A stretch of DNA of 64,000 nt from Eremomyces bilateralis CBS 781.70 (lineage: Eukaryota). The DNA lies in assembly GCA_010015585.1 (NCBI GenBank), contig ML975154.1; one strand, given 5' to 3'. A program made the translations under genes and the position numbers. Of the stretch, positions 25,110 to 35,731 are shown in pieces; position 1 is the first letter of the stretch, and each line of letters starts with the position of its first letter. The notes beneath the pieces were generated by a model. That model made no database searches. It was not told the DNA's origin and worked only from the letters and a program-made list of their open reading frames with translations.

Positions 25110-28100
25110 TCACCAATCTAAGGTATCGTGGCCGTTCGGAATGCAAGCTGCACTCGCCCTAAGATTGGCGACTATCCTTTCACCTTTTCTGCCGGTTTTC
25201 ATTTTGAGAATATCGTCCAGTTTGTCCAATTGCCCTGGAGTCTGTCCAGCCCGAACTTTCCATCTTTCTGTGCCTAGCGCTCGGTCGAGCTCATCAACAG
25301 GAGGTAATTGGACGTATATCCATCCATCCTCCCTCTCTTCAGCTGCGAAGGTGGAGATGTTCATATCATCATTTCCGCACTTTCCGGCCTCAGGCCCTGA
25401 TAGTTCGAAGTTGCGTTTGTGGTGCGGACATGAAACCCAGAGCTTGTTGTCCCCTTCGCCAATAAGCCCATCAGACAACACGAATGCGCGTTTGTGTGGA
25501 CACATTTGCTGAGTGGAGTAGTATTTGCCACGGACTTTGAAAATAGCAAGCTGAGTTCCTCCGCGCTTCACTTGTTGACTGTCACCGGTGGGAAGGTCTT
25601 GAAATTTTGAAGCCTCCACAAGCGGCTGCCAGGACAAGCTGCTCCACGCTATGTTGAAGTCGGCCTTGATGGATTCTTTCGGCCAGTTTGAAGGACGCTG
25701 TTGCCCGCGTTCTGTTATTGGTTCCACCCAGTCAACAGTTTCGTTAACGTTGGCGAACTGCTGGAACTGCTTCCGTCGCTCAGGGTTTTTGATCGTCTCG
25801 GTCCATTCACAGAAATAAGAGGAAACGAGCTCCTCCATTTGTCCCTCCAATTCAGCGCAGATCCCAAGCTTATCGTCTAGGATCACTTGGCGTAGGTATT
25901 GTATACCCCCTGGAAGTCCTTCAATCCATCTTGCAGTCCGTTGGAGGCGGTCCGCGGTACGAATATAGAAAGATAGGTACCGATCCAGGATGGGGAGCAC
26001 GTCGTCAACGGGAACATCTTTGGCTAACAGTTCCGAGTGTCGGGGTTGAGCTCCTCCGTTTCCGCCAACAAAAATGTTGAATCCCTTCTCCGTTGCGACT
26101 AACCCAAAGTCCTTGTTCTGAGCCTCTGCACACTCTCGCACGCACCCAGAAACTGCTCCCTTAATTTTATGCGGTGCCCGAATGCTCTTGTAGCGGTTCT
26201 CGATGCGAATTGCCATACCGACGGAGTCTCCAATCCCAAATCTGCACCATGATGTGCCAACGCAGCTCTTCACCGTTCGCAACGCCTTAGCGTAGGCGTG
26301 TCCGCTCTCAAGTCCGCCCTCTTCGATCAATTCAGTCCAAATAGCAAGAAGATTCTGCTTTCGAGCGCCGAACATATCGATTCTTTGGCCTCCTGTAATT
26401 TTACAGTAGAGGTTGTACTTCTCCGCAACCCGAGCAATCACAGCCAGCTTCTTCGGGGTGATCTCGCCACCCGGAACCCGAGGAACAACAGAGAAGGTAC
26501 CGTTTCGTTGGATATTAGCAAGAAATTTGTCGTTTGTTTCCTGAAGACCCTTTCGGCTAGGATCAAGAATATGCTTGTTGAACAGCGATGCCAGAATCGA
26601 AGCAATCGCTGGCTTGCAAACCTCACATCCAAGAGAACTTGGTGTGCCATATTCACTCATGATAGCTTCAAATGATTCAAGCCTCTTTACCATCACCGCG
26701 TAGAAGAGATCTGCTCGAGAATGCTTGAAATGAGGACAGAGGTGATTTTGGATTGCCTCACCACTCTCAGCCATGGTTTTGTTGACAATGGTTTGGACCA
26801 GAGGCAAGCACCCGCCGCAGCTTGTTCCAGCTTTGGTGCATGATTTTACATCGCCAATGCTCTTACATGAGCCCTCTCTGATGGCGGTAGTAATGTCCTT
26901 TTTGGTGACATTATTGCAAGAGCATATCTGTGCATCATCGGGCCTAGAGAAATAGTTAAAATGCTGCCACTGCTGGGGAAAGACTGGGGAGCGTACAGGG
27001 TATCGATCGCCTCATCGCCTCCTGGTTTGCCAATTATCAATTCCCCTGGAGGGGTGTCAAGCTGTTTGTGCTGCTTGGTGATAGCCAAGAGCTTTGCGTA
27101 GTCTTTTGCGTCGCCCATCATCATTCCGCCAAGTAAATATTTTCCGTCCAACGTAAACAGATACTTTTTGTAGATGTTTTCGAATGGATCATTGTAAGTC
27201 AGGGCCTTGACTTGATCTTTCCTATCTGATCCTGAAGATTTGTCGGGTAACCACTTCGGACCGAATTCATCTGCGAAGCAGTCTCCAAAGCTGGCAACTT
27301 CGATCCCCAAGAGCTTCAATTTGGTACTCATATCAGGCTCTGTGAAGGATTTTGGCTTTCGGTGGGTCATTCCTTCGGTCAAATTGAAGGCAAGGAGATC
27401 AGCCATCTCGTAGCCCGGGCCAACTAAGCCGTAGCACATGTTCTTCCAGTTCGCGCACTCGCCGATAGCATACACATCCTTTGCTGTGGTCTGTAGGTCG
27501 TCACCAACGCGGATGCCCCCTCGTTCGTGGCATTGGATGCCCGATTTCTTGGCCAAGTCGTCCCTAGCTCTGACCCCGATCTAGAAATACACATTAAATT
27601 CCGCGCCACAATGATAAGGCACCTAGACTTACCGCGAAACATACGCACGTGCCCTCGATTTCATCACCGTCCTTGAATTGGACTCCAGTCACGGTGCCGT
27701 CAATAGCCATGGTCAGCTTGCTGACCATCTTCCCTAGAACAACATCGACGCCTAAATTTTTCACCTGCTCAACCACCATCATTCCCGAGTCACTGTTTAG
27801 CTGGCGACCAAGCACATACGGCATCGCCTCAACCACCGTGACTTTCTCATACACCTCTAAATCCAACATTGCTTTTGCAGCCTCCAAGCCAAGAAGGCCT
27901 CCTCCAATTACAATTCCCTTCTGACCCTGACCTTTTTTCGCAGAGGAAAAAGAGATGAGGTTTTGAAGATCTTCAATGGTCCGATAGACAAAGACTCCCG
28001 TCGCGTTATACCCAGGTATAGCGCGTGGGAGAATGGCCGTAGAGCCAGTGGCTATGATCAACACATGATAGTCAACCTTGTCACCGCGGTTCGTTGTCAC

Positions 28101-28525
28101 TCTCTTATTTTCTGTGTCGATATCTGTTGCAACGGTATGCAAATGATAATCGAGCGATCCGCTTGGCATCGATTTGTACTGGAAATGGTAAATGTCTGGA
28201 AATGGTCTTTGGTTTGGAACGTACCCATTCCTCTGACTTCATATACAGCCGTTCAATCTCTCGGTGTTGGAAATAGCTGGTAAGGCCCACCCGATTGTAC
28301 GCTAGATGGGGCTCTTCTCCGATGGCGACCACGTCATATACTCTCCTCTTCGCGTCGAGCTTTAGAAGCTTTTCACTCCGGCGAGTGTTAGACGTAACCG
28401 CATAGTTGACTCTGGCTAACCTGGCAACAAACTAACATGAACGCAATTCCCACCATGCCAAGCCCAACTACCACAACCCGTTTCCTACTCTCCGACTCCA
28501 GAGGCACTTCACGAACGAGAGTCAT
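25110..28525 (-). CDS. niiA: Assimilatory nitrite reductase [NAD(P)H] (FAD/NAD, Fe-S, siroheme and Rieske domains), about 4 introns
   Basis: [60 protein letters not shown]...[55 protein letters not shown]; Rieske CPHKRAF...CPHH. Splices restore the frame and no lesions were seen. Confidence 0.96.
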
Positions 28526-28816
28526 TTCGTCCGCCTTTTGCAGGGCTAGGTCAAAAGCCAATCTTTGACAACTTTAAGACGAGAAGCAAATGAGGGGAGT
28601 AAAAACACAAAAAATTCGAAAGAGCTTGGAATTCTAACAAAAGGAGACACTTTATGGTAGAGAAGATGCCCTTCCTGCCTACTCACCGCATACCTGAAAG
28701 GTGCCTCATATGTGGACACATTAGAACATTAAAATTAAGCCTGCCAACACTAGAGATCGAGATGAAAGAGTTGTATCTCCAAGGAATTCATCGACTTTGG
28801 AAAGCAAACGTGGGTT

Positions 28817-28904
28817 TGATAAATATACGCTGGCCAATAGAAAGACAGTTTAGATGTGTGATCCTTATCGGGATGGTACAATATGATAGATAACGACTCC
28901 GAGG
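28817..28904. promoter_or_regulatory. niiA upstream element: clustered GATA (AreA-type) sites plus a NirA consensus CTCCGAGG
   Basis: TGATAA at 28817, TTATCG at 28865, TGATAGATAA at 28884-28893 and CTCCGAGG at 28897-28904 (matches the NirA consensus CTCCGHGG), 290-380 bp upstream of the niiA ATG. Confidence 0.65.
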
Positions 28905-29345
28905 AAATGCTTGCAAATTCCAAAATACCAAAATGGTACCTCCGGCTACGCTGAGTATCATAATTCTATGACTCAATGTAAGGATTTCGAGGTCCTTTGG
29001 ACCTTCTCCGGTATCGATCTGCCGCCTAATTTGAATGTTGGTAGAGTGCAGAATTGGGGGTGGCGTGTTACGAAAACAAATATGACGAGAGTCACGTGAA
29101 AAGACAACCCAATCTGCAAATGCGGCGCAGCACAATCAGCGACGATCAGTCAGTATCATCATAATCAAACCAGCCAGGACTGACCGAGACTGATACAACT
29201 GATCGTACTCGAGAACCACGCGGGTACTTAGCAGCAAGTAAAGACAATCTGGAGGGGGAGCAATATCCTCTATGTTTGGATCTGTGAGAGAAAGAATGAA
29301 TTGAGCGTTGCAGTTGTACTACGGGTATCAGCATAATATGTTACG

Positions 29346-30591
29346 TAGTGCGACACTACTGCAGGGGTTTTTGCACTAACCTATTAGGGATTGATTTGTA
29401 TGAAAGTACTGACTAATCACACTGTTTTCTCTCTGACGCTTTTACGCGTTATTCCTCTCATCTTCAATACCATATTATGGAGCCTTCAACACCACAGCGA
29501 CGTCAACGACGCTCTGAATTAACTCGAGATGAGTGTATTCGAGTTCAAACCCTTCGATCGATCGGCTAGACCTATGCAAAGATCGCAGATGAGCTTAAAA
29601 TCTCACAGCGACAGGTTCAATCGCTACAACACGAGATCATCCTACTCCATCAAAGAAGACCGGTCGCCATGCAACCCTCATAAACGAGCAGATCGACGAG
29701 CTCGTCGAATACGTCATTCACTCCCGTACGAGTCGTCTTATGTCCTATCTTCAACTCGCATCAGGTCCGTTCGCGCATTGGCACGTAGGCGAGTACGTAA
29801 TCCGCGGAGCCCTTCGAAAGCGAGGCTTTAAAAGATGGCTCGCGCGAGCGAAACACCCTCTCTCAGCCGAAAACCGTGCGGATCGGCTTCAGTGGGCCCA
29901 AGATCACGTCAATTGGACGCTTGATCAGTGGAGGCTTATTCTCTGGACGGATGAGACCTGGGTCACTGGTGGTAGACATAAGCGACAATGGGTCACTCGT
30001 CGTACTGGTGAGGAGCTCGATCCTACCTGCGTTCTGGATACGATTCGACGTCGCAGGGGCTGGATGTTCTGGGGCTCATTCAACGGCTTCGAAAAAGGCC
30101 CCTGTTTATTTTGGGAGAAGGAATGGGAATCGATTAATCAAGAGAGTTACCGCGCTCGAATAGTTCCTCTAATCGAAGGCTGGATTCGAATGAATCCTAG
30201 CCTCCAGCCTATGCAGGACGGAGCCCCTAGGCATTCCGCTGGAGACACGTATCGCGAGCTATTCGACCGAGGAATCATCCCAATATTCTTGCCTGCGTAC
30301 TCTCCAGATTTAAACCCAATTGAGGCTGTATGGAATTGGATGAAGGATTGGATTGAGACTCAATACGGTGACGTTCGGCTCTCATATGATCGTCTGCGTA
30401 CGGCTGTAAAAGAGGCCTGGGAGGCTCTTCCAGCCGAGTTTCTACAGGACTTGCTTCAATCGATGCAGGAGCGATGTTGCGATGTGATTGAGGTTCAAGG
30501 CGGTCATACGAAATGGTAGCTTAGAGAGTAATTTCATTCGAATCGATCCCTAATGAGTTGGTGGATACACTCCTGCAGTGGCGTCGTACTG
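29346..30591 (+). mobile_element. Tc1/mariner (DD34E) DNA transposon, about 1.25 kb, decayed
   Basis: Inverted terminal repeats at 29346-29410 and 30527-30591 (50/65 identical by manual alignment) enclose a transposase. Confidence 0.9.
29477..30519 (+). pseudogene. Tc1-family transposase, disrupted
   Basis: MEPSTPQRR...RVQTLRSIG* (TAG at 29567), with a frameshift in the HTH region. Catalytic WTDET, MQDGA and SPDLNPIE with 34 residues between the second D and E. Confidence 0.88.
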
Positions 30592-31199
30592 ATATTACGC
30601 CTGAGACGGTAGTACATGGGGCCCACGGGGCGATTCAAATGAGCTCATTTGTGTAACGAGTTAAACTGCACATCTTTTGGATTGATACCTTTGGGAGAAG
30701 ATATTGATGGCCTCTGGCTGGTCGTTTGTACAAGGATTTGGACTGCGGGCTTAGCGTCCGTCATGGACTGAGACAAGATGGAATTCGGTCCATCCGTCCC
30801 ATTGACAGCTGCAGGGGTGTCAATCCCTTTCTAGCCGAGAAGCTTAAATTACCTACCGTACTCCGTAATCTGTGTGCTACAGAATTACTATTTATAGTTT
30901 AGCGCCATCGTATCGGGTATAGCTCCGTTTTCGGGCTTTCCGTTTTCTATCCTCACATCCCTCAAAAAGCATATACATACCCCTCTTCACTCCCGATAAC
31001 CCTCTTCCATCTCCTCCACCCTTTCCACACTTCGGCTTCGCCTTTCCTCTTGCTTCGCCCCGTCTTAATTTCCCTCTTCTCAACACCCTCCCTGCAGGCG
31101 CCATCTACACCGGCTGAATTCCGGCCCCCCCGGGAATTGCAAGATGATCCAATGCCTTCGCTTACTCTCAAGATGAACGTAACATATCGGTGTTGCCAA

Positions 31200-31800
31200 G
31201 TCGGTCCAGAATGTCACAGAAAGACAGAAGTATTATCCGGGTCGTACGCTCAATGGGTGTCGGGTATTTCTTGATTGAAGAGTCCAATAAGACATTGCCG
31301 GTTCATAATTCAGCTGCAAGTGTTGTATCTTTGGCCAAGTGATAAACAGGCGTAGCTTCTCAAACTTCAAGAGGCAGGGACGGGACTGGGCGTCTAAGCA
31401 AAGTCTTTCCGCCTCTTTGAAACGCTGTTGAGCAAAAGTGCTTCCGCAAGAGACAGCTCGAGAAGTGCGCTGCCAGCCAAGGATGTTCCGCGCTGGATCT
31501 GGTGTGTGATCTCCGGGCGGAGGACATGCTCGGCGGATTTGGGTTCATCAAGTTCTCGAAGTGTATCAGCCAGGTCGCAGGTAAGATCTCGGAGATCTTT
31601 ATCAAAGACAAGCTCTTTACACTTCTCTGCCATTTTGCGCGCCTTCTGAAGATGCACCAGGGATTCCGCAAACTCTCCTTGAAACCGCAAGATCCTCCCA
31701 AGTATCATTCCCTTGCGGAAGAGCACGACCTTCTTCCATTAGGGATATCCTCGGGAATGGATTCCAGGTTTTAGTGCGCTCTTCGCACCAGAGAGATCGT
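31200..31800 (-). pseudogene. Degenerate TPR-like helical-repeat fragment (possible NLR/NB-ARC remnant)
   Basis: ORF 31394..31726 GRILRFQGEFAESLVHLQKA...LTCDLADTLRELDEPKSAEHVL...LELSLAEALL has TPR-like periodicity. It lacks a proper start and its flanks are broken. Confidence 0.45.
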
Positions 31801-31913
31801 CATCCTGGATGCAGTGGCGCTTGATCAGAGGAGACGTTGAATGTGCTGACTCTCGGAAGAGGGAAGGGTATCAATCTCTGATGTTATGGTGCAAACCGAG
31901 AAGGATGAGTTGG

Positions 31914-33107
31914 TTATGGCTCGTATTTAGGAGGCGGAGGATCATGGTCCTGGACACTATCTGCATTGATTTTCGATTTTCCGACCGGCCCCAAGGCCAC
32001 CAGGTTCGGAGTAGCCATGTTCGACGAGTCAGCTGCGATGCCGGCCAGTGCTGTAGACGAGCTTGTCGCACTGTGGTCGAAAGAGGGTGGCATCCCGTAG
32101 TGATCGACGAGCGAATAGCTGTCCGAAGCACCACTATTCGCGTCCTTGAGTTTTGCTTTGCGCCTTGGCTTGCAACAGCACTTCCAACACCATAAGATGG
32201 CAAGCAACAAGAAGAGTACACCGAGGACCAGGCCAGCGACATGCCCTCCGTTGACTCTGGAAGAACTCCAATATCCGAGGTGGCTAAAGAGCAAATTAGC
32301 AGCGACAACTTTAGGAATAAGCACGTCTTACGTTTGCAGAGTGATGTTGTTCTGATGTAGATAATCCAAAACAGCAGTGTCAGTACTCTGGTAACCAACT
32401 ATCACACCGCTCGCCCAAACTCGGACAGCATGCAATCCATCATATTCGACGTTTCCCAATGAATACGATGTAGGTTTGACAGTCGGCCATCCCGGCGTCA
32501 TGGTCCAGACATTTGCCACTGAAGTGGGAGTCGCTGAACATAACAAATAGTCGAGTGAGGGCCAGGTTGTCGTATAGTCGCGGAATGCACCACCCTTCAC
32601 CGACGAAGTGATGCGGAGATTCGGCCTATATCCAGATGGACAGCAGAAATGTTGCGTGACGCTGCTGGTGGGCAATGGGGTCCGAAATATGTAATATTTC
32701 TCCCAGCCTGTATATGTTGCGGCATACGTGTAACCCGACGGGCAGATCCCTGGCGAGTAGTAGGCAACTTTTGAAGTATACCCTGTTTGAGAAAACAAGG
32801 GATCGGCTTTGAAGGGCCCAGTAGGTGTCGGTGTGATTGTAGTAAATCCGACAATCGAGGGAATGGGTGTTGGTGTTGGACCGGTAACAGTGCTGAATGC
32901 GATGAGAGCAGTTGTAACTGGCGACCCTGTGGGCTCGGCTCGATGAGACGGAAAGCAGTCGGCATCAGGACCTAAATCGGAATGGTAACCAATGAATAGG
33001 GCTCCGGTTTGGCCCAATTGGCCCCATTGTGTGGTCGTGGATAGGCAGCTAGCAGGTGGAGTCCAGAGAGTGGTAAGCGGGCCAAGGGGGACGAGATTGG
33101 TAGACAT
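31914..33107 (-). CDS. Single-pass membrane protein with a Cys-patterned Thr/Pro-rich ectodomain, 2 exons
   Basis: PLTTLWTPPASC, CFP, YYSPGICPSGY and CCPSGY. A phase-2 intron (GTAAGA...GCTAAT...TTTAG, about 32330-32283) leads to the TM segment VAGLVLGVLFLLLAILWCW, a basic RRKAK stretch and a C-terminal PPPKY. Confidence 0.75.
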
Positions 33108-33790
33108 GATGAAAACGCGCTTTTGTCATAGATATGTCCGAGATGAAGAAGATATCGTTGCTCGGATGTCCTGCCAGGCTCTTATGAAAGCTAAATCCAG
33201 GGGTAACATGGTGATAGCGCTAGGGCCTTCTCAGGTCGCCCTTCTTTCCGGCCAATTTTATCTGGGAAGCAAGGGACTTCTGCTTTGGGGTGCCCGGAAG
33301 CGCCGGAGAATCCGGATAATTGTGGCGCAAATACGAGGCGTGTTTGTTGTTGTCGCAATACGAACGTCGTGGTGGAGGTATTAAATAGCTTGGCGTGCAC
33401 TTGTTACGAATGTATGTATCCATGGCCCCATGACCGGTGTGGGTGCTCCCAGGCCAAATCTCAAACCCAGACCAAATCTCAAATTCTCAGTTCTTTCATC
33501 AATTCTACCTGTCACGGTCCTACTTTTCGTGCTTTGAGGCGTTAATAGATTGTTGCCTTATGGCCTGATATGAATGCCTCACGATACGATATGATGTGAT
33601 GCCTCCGATGTGTTAGGGGTTATCACGTGGTGATTCACAATCCTGCTTTGTGTATATTATATCTCTCTCTCTGTTCTGGTTTCCCATTTCCCTTCTTCAT
33701 CTTTCGTTTCCTCGAATACAAGCTGTTTTACGATAGTGATCCATATCCATGGTCCTCCAAAATAGCGCCGTGACAGGTCTATTACATCTG

Positions 33791-33959
33791 CTACTACTAC
33801 TCAGGGATTGTCGCCCGGATTGCGACGCATTCCCAGAATTCACCCAGCTACCCCCATGTCGATAGGAACGCGTCGCGATCTAGAGGACCAACATGGGGGT
33901 AGCTGGGTGAACTCTGGGAATGCGTCGCGATCCGGGCGACAATCCCTGAGTAGTAGTAG
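33791..33959. mobile_element. MITE-like hairpin: 69-bp inverted arms with a 31-bp spacer
   Basis: 33791-33859 is the reverse complement of 33891-33959 with 2 mismatches. The core reads TA|CTCAGGG...CCCTGAG|TA. Confidence 0.8.
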
Positions 33960-34135
33960 TTAGTAGTACGTTAACTAACCTTGCATCACAGCGTTGACCG
34001 CTTAAATAGGAAACTGTCCGTTATGTTTCCTCGAAGGTGGAGCCCCTACCAGACTGGGTGAAGGACAGGAAGCTTGTACCTTTGGATCACCCATGGATCT
34101 CACCAATAGATCTCACCGAACCAGTCAGCCAGGAA

Positions 34136-35043
34136 ATGCGGGAGCGGGTCCAATGGATGCAGCAGCATCCCGACTACTATATAGGGTGGAGGAACCTTCC
34201 TTAGGAGGAATTCAACCGATGGACCTAGAGATTTATCCGTGACGACCATCTTGACCGTCCGGATCAATTCTGGGGACTCTATATCTACAGGTAATAGGTC
34301 TAAGTCGGACAGACGTCAGTCCGTCTCCAGAATTCTTTTCACTAATGGGAGGCAGGACGGTGTATACACCTGGGTCAGAAGAGCTTTGTGACAGGGTTTT
34401 AGATCGTATTCGAGCGGCTGTGAAGGAAGATGTTTTCCATGATGTTACGGACAAGTGGAAACGAATCGGGATCTTTTCGGCACAGAGGGGAATTCCCTTT
34501 AACGAGGCCGCCTTTAACGAGGCCGAAGGGCATCCGGACGTTCCAGAGCGTTTAGACGATATGCCGAATCGACACATCTACGAACGCTTCCGCCTGGTGC
34601 CTATATCTGATGCTAATGCTTTTAACAATGCCTCTATTAACGACAGTAAAGAGCATGCGGCATCTATCACGTTTAATCCACGGCCCATTGAAGGGACTGA
34701 GGCTAAACCTTGGTCATGGAATATTTGCCTACTGGTCAACGAAGAGTCATTGGACAGTCTGACAGCGGCGCAGCCGAAGCATTGGAAACAAGCCAAACCA
34801 AGACACAGAAACGACGACAACCGTTGGGTTAAAGTAGTTGATGTTGGTTTTGACGAACCGTTCGTTGATCAAAATAATTTTGACCCTCCCTACCCTGCGT
34901 GGTTCAAAACCTATATCAGTTCTCTGGTGGAGTTGTGGGATATAAAGCATACTTTTACGCTTGAGGAATATTGCGTGGTGCCGGCAAAGGAGAAGGTAGT
35001 TTTCTTTTACAAATTTGAATTTGGAGCTGGTCTGTTGCGATGA
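34136..35043 (+). pseudogene. Hypothetical fungal protein (WGxxIYRTxY motif) with a disrupted 5' part
   Basis: Frame MRERVQW...NLP*EEFNRWT*RFIRD...FWGLYIYR, an intron at about 34290-34355, then TVYTPGSEEL... (ORF 34345..35043). TAG stops at 34202 and 34226. Confidence 0.55.
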
Positions 35044-35731
35044 TCATAAGATGCGTAGCCAAATTGTATTTGAATGAACATTTGCCAACACGATCACCTT
35101 GGTTGTATTGACATTTGACAAAATAGTATTAATATGTTGATTTGGAAAATGCCTTGCTTATATAAAATATATTCTGCCGTGCCTCCACTGGATTGCATCT
35201 GTAGCGAGGCAAACAGGAAGATCTCCGATGTCGTCTCCGTCGGTTTTTCGTCGCAGAATGAGACTCTCGAGACAAGGTCCCCAATTACATTGTACTATTG
35301 TAGAGATCGTCGACTCTTCAAATTTCGGAGGTATGACGGTGAAGCTCAATATCAAATAAACACTGCATTAGGCATCGGGAAACTGTCAGCCTTATGAACC
35401 AATACTGAGAGATCAGCCGAGTGAGGATAGGTGGCGGTTTGTTTCTATCAAGGATCATGGCTCGTAGCGTCGGCTACGCTATGTTGTTTGTGGCTAGTGG
35501 TAACTAGTCCTGCGAATCCGTTTCTAATGATTCCGTACTCCGCAATTAGCGTAACTAGTTAATATTTAAACTATAAAGTTGGTTGGAATCTCCAGCCTCC
35601 ACCATTCATGACTTCCGGATATTAACATTCCAGTTCCACCAACCTTCTCCCGACTCAAAGGATCTCGGACCCCCAAGCTAACTTGCGTTCAATCGCACGA
35701 GATCTTGGGTGTTCGATTCCAATCGAATCGC

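Noticed and set aside
22200..35600. Starship giant transposon
   Set aside because: No tyrosine-recombinase captain ORF and no convincing boundary direct repeats were visible.
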